From a phage, in NCBI GenBank assembly GCA_011939005.1, contig GCA_011939005.1_4858.1: a DNA stretch of 64,000 nucleotides. The stretch is one strand, 5' to 3'. Made by a program: the position numbers and the translations under genes. Of the stretch, positions 10,966 to 20,341 are shown in pieces (position 1 is the first letter of the stretch; the number at the start of each line of letters is the position of its first letter). The notes beneath the pieces are model-generated. The model saw only the letters and a program-made list of their open reading frames with translations. It did no database searches and had not been told where the DNA came from.

Positions 10966-13900
10966 ATGCCGAGAGAAGATGCGGCGCAGTTTAACGGTAC
11001 CCTCAGTACCGCTACTTACCCGAACCGTTATTCGACGGTCATTCCCGTCGAAGCACCGTTCTATCGCATCGGGTTAACGTTAACCGTTACCGATAAAACA
11101 ACCGGAACCAAACGCAAGTTAATAGAAGGTCTTGATTATTTCTTAGGACATTACTTCCAGGAATTAGCCGAGGCTGAGAACGATGCAATATACGGCAGCA
11201 TAATGCTGCTGAACGCCACAGAGGTAGAATACGAGTTATTGTCGGTTGGTCGACAGTATCGCATCCCTGCTTCTGAAATCGGCAAGTATCTGGTTAAGAC
11301 GGATATGAAAGACCCGCGCAACTGCGATTGGTCTGAGCTGATGAAATATCCGCCGATTATCTCGCCAATCGACCCGCCAAAAGATCTCGAAGAAGCCATC
11401 CTTCGCGATGAAATCGTAAAGGCGTTGGAAGATATCCGTCTGGGTATTTTAGAACGTGCCCACGAACTGGATGAGGCTTTTGCGGAAGTTACTGATTTGA
11501 TTTATCAGAACGGTAAAAAGGTGTTTGATGACGAAATGTATCAACACCACCTGATTAAAAATGCACATGGTTACACCTGCGGTGACATTGGCGCTCTCCC
11601 GGTACTCGGCAAAGCCGTAGATGCGACTAAGGCATTCGGACGTACCCTGGCAGAGCTAGTGACGTTAATGTCTACCAGTGGCATCCAACAGAAACACGTT
11701 GACATGCTTCTGGATAATACCCTGGGTGATTTACTGGGCCGTATGCGTGTTCTGAATAACGACGCGATTACGTTCCAAACAACGTCTGGTCACGTTATCA
11801 GCATGAAGGGTGAGAAGTTCATCATCACCTCGACAAAACCGCTGGTATTAAAAGCTGACCAGGATAACAACGAACCGGGTATCGCTACGGAGTTCAGTGC
11901 TGGTCTGAACACGCTTTGGGTTCACTCGGGTAAAGCAGGTGACAAGTGGGGCGCTTATGATGCAGGTGTGCTTGCACCTGTGTATAACAGCGTGTATCTC
12001 GTTACGCCGGATATGGTTAAGATGTACTTGACCTCGGTGAAGATACTTCCAGCAAACGCCTACTTCAAGTCCAGCGACACGTTGAAGATTTACGGCTCTG
12101 GTAAAGAAACAAACAAACTTTACATGAATGCGGAGCTGCCTGCAGCAACCACAACTGTGCAGGGTTTGTTTGCGATTACTAACCTTTCGGCGTCCGCTGC
12201 AGCATCCACAGCGATTTCCCAAAAAGCTGTTACTGACTTGAAGAACAAACTCGACGGATATGTGGACGACACGTATACAGTCAACGGTAAAGGGTTTGTA
12301 TTAGATTCAAACGGGCAGATGCATCTGACCTTAACCGCGGCAGATTTCGGTATTGAGAAGATGAACAATACCGGGCCGCTGGAGAAACCGGTTACTAATG
12401 CGTTGCGCACCGTGCTATCTGGCAAAGCGCTTACAACGCACACCCACACCATTGCCGATCTCGATAACGTGCCGTACGCATCCACGTCTGTTACAGGTTT
12501 GGCTAAACTGTGGGATGCTATTGACACCACAACAGATAAGATGGTTACTTCGCGTCAAGGCTTCTTGCTTGAACAGAAGATTGACACGCTGAATGACAAG
12601 ATTGCTACGTTATTACCGGCGTGGACTGTCGGCGGATCATCGTACGGCAACAATAACTTCTTGCCTATACCTGTCCAGGGGAACTACGAAGGGTATACCA
12701 AAAACCAAACCTGGCAGAAAGGTTTGGCGCGTTACGAGTCTGGTAAGGTTTACTCGCTCCGTAACGGTTCTAACGGGAACCCACCAGGTGACTGGGCTAT
12801 CTATTACGCCTATGCTGATGTGTCGCCAAGCAATACGCTGGAAAATATGCAGCAGACGTCCGTACGCTATCGACCCGCTGGAATGTCGGCGTATCCTGGG
12901 GTGAATCTGGTTGCTATTGTGATTACCGGTACCGATGCAATGATCTGCTTAGGCAGTGACGGTGCGTACTACCTGGTCATCTTCGATGGGACGATTGACC
13001 ATGCAAAACATCATCGTGTTGTTAAAGTGGTGTTGGGTGATTACAAGAACGGTAATGGTGCGGGCACAGTAACGACAGCACCGTGGGCTCCAAACGCTTC
13101 TACAGACGATTTGATTGTTTGTAATGAACGTGTCTACCTGTTGCGTACGGTGCTTACCTCCGGTAACTATTTCGTGAGTATGCGTAGCATCGCACTCAAC
13201 GAACTTAATCTGGGTGGCAGCAACACGTTTGTGGCGGATGCGTTAACAGGCGGGATATTAACGTCGGGTGAAAACGTTTATCTGCGACAGGGACAGAAAC
13301 GTGCACCTTCCGATGCGCTCCCAGCACCAGTTACACAGATCTACGCAGACGCGTTAGCGAAGTGGAACAATGCAACCAACTTTGTACATGGTCCTGAGTG
13401 TAATCACGCGATTGGTGTTGATGGGCTGAGCTTTCGTGTTGGTTTAACTCCAACGGTTTGGTTTGCTTCTACTACAGGGCAAACTATTAACTTTAAACAA
13501 TGGGTGTCAAGCTTTGTTGTCGACTGTAGCGCATTAACGGTAACGCTGGAAGGGGCTGATCGATTCCCTATTGTGGCTGATCTTACCACGGTTCGTTATA
13601 ACGGTGGTACTGAGATTGGGATTCCAAGCCGGAAGTGGGGCGAAGGTCAAGCTAATAACCGAACCTTTGCAACATCGCAAGACAAGTATATCGTTTCGCA
13701 GGGACATGCAGGCGATCGCGACCTAATGCCAATTGTCACGATTACCACGTTAGACGACGGTGTGAGTTGGTACGAGTACCTGTCGTGCGACTACAACTTC
13801 ACTGCCAGAAGTTTTAGTGCGGTAATGTTAAACCAAGGTCGTGGTTCTATCTACGAGCTAGGTATGGCGTATCCACTGACTCTGGGAGCGAATTCCAGAC

Positions 13901-16149
13901 TTATCTGGTTGTCACAGCCACGTTCCCGTTTGGCAATTGAAGTTGAGTTTGATCCGAACACCACTTACTCAGGTAAGGTGGGGTATGGCCCAACTAACAA
14001 TCGTCGTGTAGTAGATTCTATCACGTATGAGAATCTGTCGCAGATGTGCCACATTGTTACACCGGCGTCGCCTGGTACAGAGTTAAACGGCTGGTATTGC
14101 ACAGGGCCAGAAACATTCCCTTACCACAACGTTTCTGGCACTTTCACGATTCATGCCGATCGGTTGACGCTGTCACAGGCCGAATGGGATAAGATGAAGC
14201 AGATGATCATCGACGGTGCACCGGCAGGCGCTGCGAATGGTTATGCTTCGGAATTTATCCTTGCCGCAAATAACGCAGGAAAGGCATTGTTCTCCGTTTG
14301 GTTCATCGGCATTGGTACGGCCACACCGCTCACGTTAGCACAAGTAGCATGTACGCGTACTGTGAACAACGTTAACGTGTTGGATATCTACTACTTTACA
14401 CTGAAACCAACAATCAGCAACGGGCAGGTAACATTCCCCGCAGCGATATTGGCTTTGTTTGACTTCTATAACAACCTCGACTATAGCTTGAACTATGCTA
14501 CGTTGGGTGAGATAACGGGAGGAAAAACACGCCGGCCGGGACAACCTACCTTGGTGTCAGTAGATGGTACTCAGTTCGGGTTGTATCTTCCACACACGTT
14601 AACCTTGCGCCAAATTGGCGACTTGGGTGCGCTTAACTACGCTGTTGGTCTTACGCTGTCTAATGGTACTTGGACGCGTTCTTCTGCTCCACACGGCGTT
14701 GGACGTATGGCACCGTCACACACTCCAGTCAGTCCAGCTTATCTGGCACATCGCGATCAAGTGATGTTACACAACTCATCTCTCGACTACGTCTATTGTG
14801 GTGGTATCGCAACGCCGTCGAGAGATTTTGTCGCGGCTCCTAATTTTAGTGGCCCGACTGAATCGGTTGTCATTGCTGGTGTGGAAACAGCTGAAGGTTG
14901 GCTGGTATATGTGACTGAGGAAGTTGACCTGCGTTTCGGCTCGAGCACTTATAAGCTGCCTACGTGGTATATTGACCTCAGCGCAGCATTTCCAACAAAC
15001 CATCAGAACCGGACATTCTACCTGCACGCCAAGGTAGAAAATGGTACACCGAAGTACGTAATGGACGTGGTTCAACATCCAGACACTGAAACGGAACTCT
15101 ACATCGGGTATGTTAAAACGGGCTCGTCGCGAGTCGTCGAGACTAACGTCGAACATGCTAAGCGATTGGGGGCGGTGAAACAACTGTTGGAACATGCGGC
15201 GGTTGAGAATAAGCATGATGTGGAGGTGGGAAGGGATGCGGCAACGGGCAGACTGGCACCATTGCGTAAAGAAGCGATGGGTCCTTTGTCTATCGATGCT
15301 ACGAAAGGCTATCTGGATAGTCAGTTGCTTTATACCGTATCTGACGCACAGCGTCGCGGTAAACCGATGGTCTCCAAACGTTTCGAAGGCTTGAAAACTT
15401 TGCCGGCGTTTACTCAGGCAAACAAGTCGGGGGCGTTTTGGAAACATCCTACAACAATTGCGACGGTAACGGCCGATGAGAACGGTGAAGCGGCATCGTT
15501 GGGAATGGAGTGGGTGGGTATCCCTACGCCTGCTTTCTCTCCGACCTCAGGAATGATGATAGTGGTGATACAAAGTAAATTCGTCGTCCCAGGTACACCG
15601 GGAGTAGAAACGACCTTTAATGTCAACATCGCCCCATGGGATACGGTAGATAGATTTTTCTACAACGTCGAGGCGGAAGGTAAGGATGTTAACATTGAAG
15701 AAAATCCAGAAGTGCTAATGCCGACACCACATACCGTGTATCACAAACAGCATTCTCTGCCCGCAGGCGTGCCATGTACGTTTACTTTCGCTGCTGTGTT
15801 GAGTTCCCCAGCGCTTGAGATGGCCAACCAGCATATTTGCTCTTGGCTTTTCACGGACGCGGGGGGACTACCAATCACCACCGATCTTTCGGATAGTAAG
15901 ATTCAAATCTTACCATTGGGGGGAGAGACCTACGGCACACCAGTTGTTTTGAACAGCCGTAGCTACACGTTTGTGGATGTGGCGGGTGCAATTCCGGTTG
16001 TTACCACGGGCGCTCAGGGTTTATTCCCACCACCGATCGTGGCGTGGGATGGCGATGATCTTACGTTAACGATTGCGCACGATTGGGTGAACGAGAGAGG
16101 ATGGCAACAGCCTGATATTATCCAGGTCAATCTTATGTTCCGTACCTAA
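10966..16149 (+). CDS. tail fiber protein (about 1727 aa from internal ATG)
   Basis: ORF track starts at an upstream non-ATG codon; ATG at 10966 has RBS TAGGAG; shared N-terminal module; fibre-repeat-like segments (HTHTIADLDNVPYASTSVTGLAKLWDA). Confidence 0.65.
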   Translation: MPREDAAQFNGTLSTATYPNRYSTVIPVEAPFYRIGLTLTVTDKTTGTKRKLIEGLDYFLGHYFQELAEAENDAIYGSIMLLNATEVEYELLSVGRQYRIPASEIGKYLVKTDMKDPRNCDWSELMKYPPIISPIDPPKDLEEAILRDEIVKALEDIRLGILERAHELDEAFAEVTDLIYQNGKKVFDDEMYQHHLIKNAHGYTCGDIGALPVLGKAVDATKAFGRTLAELVTLMSTSGIQQKHVDMLLDNTLGDLLGRMRVLNNDAITFQTTSGHVISMKGEKFIITSTKPLVLKADQDNNEPGIATEFSAGLNTLWVHSGKAGDKWGAYDAGVLAPVYNSVYLVTPDMVKMYLTSVKILPANAYFKSSDTLKIYGSGKETNKLYMNAELPAATTTVQGLFAITNLSASAAASTAISQKAVTDLKNKLDGYVDDTYTVNGKGFVLDSNGQMHLTLTAADFGIEKMNNTGPLEKPVTNALRTVLSGKALTTHTHTIADLDNVPYASTSVTGLAKLWDAIDTTTDKMVTSRQGFLLEQKIDTLNDKIATLLPAWTVGGSSYGNNNFLPIPVQGNYEGYTKNQTWQKGLARYESGKVYSLRNGSNGNPPGDWAIYYAYADVSPSNTLENMQQTSVRYRPAGMSAYPGVNLVAIVITGTDAMICLGSDGAYYLVIFDGTIDHAKHHRVVKVVLGDYKNGNGAGTVTTAPWAPNASTDDLIVCNERVYLLRTVLTSGNYFVSMRSIALNELNLGGSNTFVADALTGGILTSGENVYLRQGQKRAPSDALPAPVTQIYADALAKWNNATNFVHGPECNHAIGVDGLSFRVGLTPTVWFASTTGQTINFKQWVSSFVVDCSALTVTLEGADRFPIVADLTTVRYNGGTEIGIPSRKWGEGQANNRTFATSQDKYIVSQGHAGDRDLMPIVTITTLDDGVSWYEYLSCDYNFTARSFSAVMLNQGRGSIYELGMAYPLTLGANSRLIWLSQPRSRLAIEVEFDPNTTYSGKVGYGPTNNRRVVDSITYENLSQMCHIVTPASPGTELNGWYCTGPETFPYHNVSGTFTIHADRLTLSQAEWDKMKQMIIDGAPAGAANGYASEFILAANNAGKALFSVWFIGIGTATPLTLAQVACTRTVNNVNVLDIYYFTLKPTISNGQVTFPAAILALFDFYNNLDYSLNYATLGEITGGKTRRPGQPTLVSVDGTQFGLYLPHTLTLRQIGDLGALNYAVGLTLSNGTWTRSSAPHGVGRMAPSHTPVSPAYLAHRDQVMLHNSSLDYVYCGGIATPSRDFVAAPNFSGPTESVVIAGVETAEGWLVYVTEEVDLRFGSSTYKLPTWYIDLSAAFPTNHQNRTFYLHAKVENGTPKYVMDVVQHPDTETELYIGYVKTGSSRVVETNVEHAKRLGAVKQLLEHAAVENKHDVEVGRDAATGRLAPLRKEAMGPLSIDATKGYLDSQLLYTVSDAQRRGKPMVSKRFEGLKTLPAFTQANKSGAFWKHPTTIATVTADENGEAASLGMEWVGIPTPAFSPTSGMMIVVIQSKFVVPGTPGVETTFNVNIAPWDTVDRFFYNVEAEGKDVNIEENPEVLMPTPHTVYHKQHSLPAGVPCTFTFAAVLSSPALEMANQHICSWLFTDAGGLPITTDLSDSKIQILPLGGETYGTPVVLNSRSYTFVDVAGAIPVVTTGAQGLFPPPIVAWDGDDLTLTIAHDWVNERGWQQPDIIQVNLMFRT

Positions 16150-16196
16150 CAGATAGCGCTATGGGGCAAGGAAGCCCCAATCAAAGGAGTTTGGCA

Positions 16197-17399
16197 ATGG
16201 CCGAAATCATTTATCAGTACCCGCTCGACCTTACCGGGACATTAACGTCGAACGCCGTTACGCGGCGTATTACGTTAGGTTCTGGTAAAGTTAACCGGGC
16301 TTTTGCATTTCCTGACGGAGCTTTCTACGCGGATACCTTCCGCTTGGCGGCTGCGAATAAACCAGGTGTCTACCCGTACAAACGCGGCACAGACTACGAA
16401 CTGATTTTTGCACATACTGCATATCAGAAAATGACCAAGAACCGCGAAGTGGTCATGGGTGTGGTGGTAACTAACTCGGCCATTCCTACTGATATCGAAG
16501 TCTCTGCGCAAGTCGTTGGTGGTTTTCAGTCCGCGAACGTCGAAGGCATCCGACAAGCGATTGCGTCGTTGAAAATTGAAGACCGCGTGGTGGACTTCAA
16601 GGATCTTCGAAACGTACCCGATACGTTCCCGTCCGCACCGACGTATAAAGACCTTGGCGATATCTACGGTTTTGAGTATATCATTACCGTACTCGCGGGG
16701 ATTAAAGATGCGATTAACTCCGGCTCTGCAGTACAGCTGGAAGAAATTAAAGGTATTCTGGGTGGTCTGAAAAACGACTTCCTCGACGCCTTAAATGCCC
16801 ACATCAACGCCGAAGGTAACGTACACAATCTCGACATTCATCAGGTTAATGGCCTGACGGAGACGGAGATTCGTGCCCTGATTCAAAGTGTACAGACTGC
16901 CATTGACGCCACCATCAAAGATATCGGCGACTTAAGAGCAGCAGACACAGCGTTGGGGCAACGCATCGATGCAATTGTGGCTTCGTTAGCCGCGTGGAAC
17001 GACCAGCTTAACGTGGTTGCTCAAAATTACCAGAAAATGTCGTTAGCATTAGCTAACCTTAATTCTCTGGTGTTGCAATTACAGAAGATGGTTAACGATC
17101 TTCAGTCTGCACTGAATAAAACAAATCAGCGCGTCACGGATCTTGAGAATCAGGGCAAAGACTTCCAACAGCAAATTGATAACCTGCAAGGACAAATCAA
17201 CAGTCTTAAAACTCAGGTTGTAAATAACACCAACGCAATTTCGCAGGCAAACCAGAATCTGGCGAACCATGCGGCTGCGGATAACCCACACCCGAATTAC
17301 CTCCATAAACAGTATGGCGGTGTTGTGCAGGCTGCTGTTCACGTCAACAACAACCTCACCTCGCGCGACGATGTTCAAGCTGAAGCGGGTACTAAGTAA
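16197..17399 (+). CDS. fiber-associated coiled-coil protein (about 400 aa)
   Basis: Internal ATG with RBS AAAGGAG; shared N-terminal module (GTDYEL); long heptad-like Q/N/L-rich C-terminal region. Confidence 0.55.
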   Translation: MAEIIYQYPLDLTGTLTSNAVTRRITLGSGKVNRAFAFPDGAFYADTFRLAAANKPGVYPYKRGTDYELIFAHTAYQKMTKNREVVMGVVVTNSAIPTDIEVSAQVVGGFQSANVEGIRQAIASLKIEDRVVDFKDLRNVPDTFPSAPTYKDLGDIYGFEYIITVLAGIKDAINSGSAVQLEEIKGILGGLKNDFLDALNAHINAEGNVHNLDIHQVNGLTETEIRALIQSVQTAIDATIKDIGDLRAADTALGQRIDAIVASLAAWNDQLNVVAQNYQKMSLALANLNSLVLQLQKMVNDLQSALNKTNQRVTDLENQGKDFQQQIDNLQGQINSLKTQVVNNTNAISQANQNLANHAAADNPHPNYLHKQYGGVVQAAVHVNNNLTSRDDVQAEAGTK

Positions 17400-17410
17400 C
17401 TTGTTTACGA

Positions 17411-17450
17411 GCCGGACTATGTTTATGGACATAGTCCGCTCGTTCTACTT
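17411..17450 (+). terminator. hairpin, possible terminator/attenuator between fiber operon and Cys-peptide operon
   Basis: 9-bp stem CGGACTATG / CATAGTCCG, T-run a few nt downstream. Confidence 0.4.
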
Positions 17451-17464
17451 TTTAAGGAAGCGTA

Positions 17465-17857
17465 ATGGCGATATCTATTAAAGACGTCAGAAACCGCGTC
17501 CAGATAGTCGAAGCTAACATGGCGACAGGCCCCCGCGTCGACGCGCAAGTGGCCTCTAAAGCCCATAATGCGGCAGACCGATTTGGGGGTTGGACGAAAA
17601 CACAGCTAGATTGCGGAGGGACATGTTCTTGGACGTGCTCTAACGGTTGCTCGCATGGCTGTTCGAGCTGTTCAGGAAGCTGTTCTGCTTCTTGTATCGG
17701 TAGCTGTTCTTCGACGTGTGGCGGTAACTGTTCTGGTTGCTCTGGTTGTTCTGGTGGTTGCAGTAGTAGCTGTACCGGTAACTGCACAGGTGGTTGCGGT
17801 GGCTCTTGTTCTTCCAATTGTTCCGGAGCCTGCTCCGGTGGCTGTTCAGGTCGCTAA
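17465..17857 (+). CDS. Cys/Ser/Gly tetrad-repeat small protein A (130 aa); candidate RiPP precursor
   Basis: RBS AAGGAAG; N-terminal ~50 aa non-repetitive leader-like region, then about 21 Cys in C-x3 (sometimes C-x2) spacing built only from C/S/G/T/N/A. Confidence 0.6.
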   Translation: MAISIKDVRNRVQIVEANMATGPRVDAQVASKAHNAADRFGGWTKTQLDCGGTCSWTCSNGCSHGCSSCSGSCSASCIGSCSSTCGGNCSGCSGCSGGCSSSCTGNCTGGCGGSCSSNCSGACSGGCSGR

Positions 17858-17867
17858 GGGGGATTAA

Positions 17868-18272
17868 ATGGCAATTGGATTAAAAGAACTGAATAACCGA
17901 TTAAACACGATCGATGCAAACGCTCTAAAGAATACCACGAATGTGCAAAACTACATTCGCAATAAAGCTACGAATAACGCTGACTTGTTCGCAGGTCAAG
18001 GTCGTTCGCACTACGACTGTGGTGGTACGTGTTCTTTTAGCTGCTCAAGTTGCTCTGGCGGGTGTACTGGGTCTGCGACAGGTGGTTGTGGGTCGACTTG
18101 TTCGGCAAACTGTGTATCAGGCTGTAGCAGCAGCTGCACGGGCTGTAGCTCTTCGTGCTCTGGTGGTTGTAGCGGCACGTGCACAGGCAGCTGTTCTGGG
18201 GGTTGTGGTAAATCCTGCTCCGCAAACTGCTCAGGTGCGTGCTCTGGTGGTTGTTCAGGTCCTAACTCCTAA
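17868..18272 (+). CDS. Cys/Ser/Gly tetrad-repeat small protein B (134 aa); candidate RiPP precursor, paralog of A
   Basis: RBS AAGGGGGA; leader-like N-terminus similar to A (I.LK..RNRL), core starts DCGGTCS and ends CSANCSGACSGGCSG, nearly identical to A. Confidence 0.6.
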   Translation: MAIGLKELNNRLNTIDANALKNTTNVQNYIRNKATNNADLFAGQGRSHYDCGGTCSFSCSSCSGGCTGSATGGCGSTCSANCVSGCSSSCTGCSSSCSGGCSGTCTGSCSGGCGKSCSANCSGACSGGCSGPNS

Positions 18273-18287
18273 CTGACGGAGGCTTAT

Positions 18288-18494
18288 GTGATCAGTCTCA
18301 AGACTATTCGAAACCGTCTCGTTACGGCAGAAGGTTACATTACAACCGCACAGGCAAACAACTATATCGCTAACCAGGGCACCGTGTCGACCACAAATAA
18401 CCTGGCTGGCTTACCGCTTTCTCACTATAACTGTAATGGTGGGTGTAGCTGGTCCTGCAGCGGAAGCTGTAGCCGTGGAGCGGGGAATCGATAA
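18288..18494 (+). CDS. short paralog C (68 aa) with truncated Cys-repeat core
   Basis: Apparent GTG start with GGAGG RBS; leader-like region similar to A/B; core NCNGGCSWSCSGSCS. Confidence 0.45.
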   Translation: MISLKTIRNRLVTAEGYITTAQANNYIANQGTVSTTNNLAGLPLSHYNCNGGCSWSCSGSCSRGAGNR

Positions 18495-18516
18495 CAGAAA
18501 ACGTTCGGAGTATTAA

Positions 18517-19404
18517 ATGAAAAACGATTTGCATCTTGCGTATAAAACCACATTCAACCACCCGCTGCATCTATCTTCCCCAGATTCAGTGCGTGCACAT
18601 CTCGCTGACAAAGTCAGACTGATTGCACAGATTCCTGGTGAGTGGCCAAAGGTTCGTGGTCGCTTCTTGACCGACAAGAAGAACTACACCGTAGAAAATA
18701 CGTTTAAGATCCGTGATATGGTTGCAGAGGCCATCGTTATCTTTAACGGCGATGGTAACTCTCGCGGCGTGTTGGTTGACGGTAAGTATTTCTTCAGTGA
18801 AGGGATTCTGAACAACAGTGTCGATTTAGAACTGATGTTTACACCGTTTGACGAACTTGAAGCAAAACCGATGGCGCGCCGTTGGTGGAGTCCGGACTAT
18901 CTGGGCTCGTTCCCTTACTACTTTGTACTGGTACCTGCCGATACGGAAACGTATTTCGACACCGAACCATACATCGATATCGAGGGGTATAAAGAACTCG
19001 GCATCACCCGTTTAGCGGACATGATGGCGTATAGCTATAAGTTCGTGTGGGATAAAAAGCGTTCTGTCTGGTATGCGCTGACTGACGATTTTGAAATCAC
19101 CAAGCGTATTCGTAAGCCGTGGATGCAACACCTGGTTCAAACTCGATATGGGGATTACCCGGCGACAGAAGCGGATTTGAGTAAGCTGGTAAGTTTCCTC
19201 TTAACGAAGGTGGATTTAACGAAAGAAGAAGCAGAAGCTGTTTCTGAGATTCGTGGTCGTTCGGTAACGTTGGCCGATTTGAAACGTCTGAACGAAAGAC
19301 ACGCCGACCTGAACAAAATTTTAGCTGCCTATCACGACCCGATGTTACTGGTGCCTGGCGCTAACGTAGACGAAGATCCTTTATTCGCCATTGATTATAT
19401 TTAA
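18517..19404 (+). CDS. hypothetical protein (295 aa) in Cys-peptide/radical-SAM operon
   Basis: RBS GGAG; co-oriented and tightly spaced with neighbours; no motif recognised. Confidence 0.55.
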   Translation: MKNDLHLAYKTTFNHPLHLSSPDSVRAHLADKVRLIAQIPGEWPKVRGRFLTDKKNYTVENTFKIRDMVAEAIVIFNGDGNSRGVLVDGKYFFSEGILNNSVDLELMFTPFDELEAKPMARRWWSPDYLGSFPYYFVLVPADTETYFDTEPYIDIEGYKELGITRLADMMAYSYKFVWDKKRSVWYALTDDFEITKRIRKPWMQHLVQTRYGDYPATEADLSKLVSFLLTKVDLTKEEAEAVSEIRGRSVTLADLKRLNERHADLNKILAAYHDPMLLVPGANVDEDPLFAIDYI

Positions 19405-19426
19405 AAATATACTGGAGCAACCTGCA

Positions 19427-20341
19427 ATGACAGATCAAGTAGAATCCAGGATCTCGTCTGAACTGTACGACAAACCGTCAATTCTGTCGGTTGTCGCAAC
19501 TTCTAAGTGTAACTTAGACTGTAGCTTCTGTGGAGGGGCTTATTACATGGATAGAGAAGATACTTCTCGTGAGTTTCAACGTGAAGAGATTCTCTCGATT
19601 TTAGAGAAGAATCCGGATATCGGTGAGATTCATTGGACGGGCGGTGAGCCGCTGTTAGCGCAGCGCAAGATTGAAGACTTCGTGAACGAGTTGAAGGAGT
19701 CTCATCCGAACCTCCGTCATCACATGTACACCAACGGTTTAAAGATGCGTAAATCACATCTGCCGTTGCTGAAACAGTTCGACCTTATCTTTGTGTCCAT
19801 TGACGGCTACAAGAAGTCGGAACGTCCGTTTATGAACTTTGTAAACGGTGGTAATCACGAAGCGCTGGAAGTGCTGTACGAGCTGGACAACTATTACACC
19901 TGGGGTGTGATGACGCGTGACCAGTTAGGTGATAAACGCTGGTACGAAGATTTCATCGAGCTGCACCGAGCAATCTATCATTACCGTCCAGGTGGTATGT
20001 CGTTGCTGTTTGATGCGATGATGCCGAAACCGTTATCGCCAGACCACGTCATGAACTTCATGTACGGGTATTGGAAAATACTCGACAATATCGAACGCCT
20101 TAACATGCAGAACGATTCTGAATGTGGGCTTGCGATCAGTAAAATGTTCGATACCGAGTGCAACACGTGCAGTGAAGTGCTGTGGCTTAACGCCGACGGT
20201 ACGCAGGAGCAAATTCAGAACGCCCCAGAGATATTGGAAGTCGGCTGTAATCGCCTGGCGCGTTCTATCGGCGTTGATGCGTATAACTACATCAACCGTG
20301 TAATTTCTGCTAAGCGTAAACGGGCGGCGAACAATGAGTAA
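19427..20341 (+). CDS. radical SAM enzyme (about 304 aa)
   Basis: C-x3-C-x2-C (CNLDCSFC) about 28 aa from the internal ATG start (RBS GGAG); GGEPLL motif; extra C-terminal cysteines (CGLA...CNTC...C) suggest an auxiliary cluster. Confidence 0.75.
   Translation: MTDQVESRISSELYDKPSILSVVATSKCNLDCSFCGGAYYMDREDTSREFQREEILSILEKNPDIGEIHWTGGEPLLAQRKIEDFVNELKESHPNLRHHMYTNGLKMRKSHLPLLKQFDLIFVSIDGYKKSERPFMNFVNGGNHEALEVLYELDNYYTWGVMTRDQLGDKRWYEDFIELHRAIYHYRPGGMSLLFDAMMPKPLSPDHVMNFMYGYWKILDNIERLNMQNDSECGLAISKMFDTECNTCSEVLWLNADGTQEQIQNAPEILEVGCNRLARSIGVDAYNYINRVISAKRKRAANNE

Noticed and set aside
3173-16556. Numerous 60-220-aa ORFs nested within or antisense to the large fiber genes (e.g. 14776-15447 minus, 12120-12530 minus)
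   Set aside because: Embedded in long continuous ORFs with repeat motifs; products are Arg/Cys/His-rich and lack RBSs.
17609-18272. Possible CRISPR array or simple DNA repeat
   Set aside because: The periodicity is 9-12 nt codon-level degeneracy inside coding frames, with no fixed-length direct repeats separated by unique spacers.
17452-18276. Overlapping ORFs in other frames/strands across the Cys-repeat genes (17452-17817 minus, 17655-17867 plus, 17941-18276 plus, 18037-18225 minus)
   Set aside because: Artefacts of the tetrad codon repeat, which keeps several frames open; they lack RBSs and their products are low-complexity Val/Ala/Gln/Pro strings. The RBS-preceded frames encoding the Cys-rich proteins are preferred.
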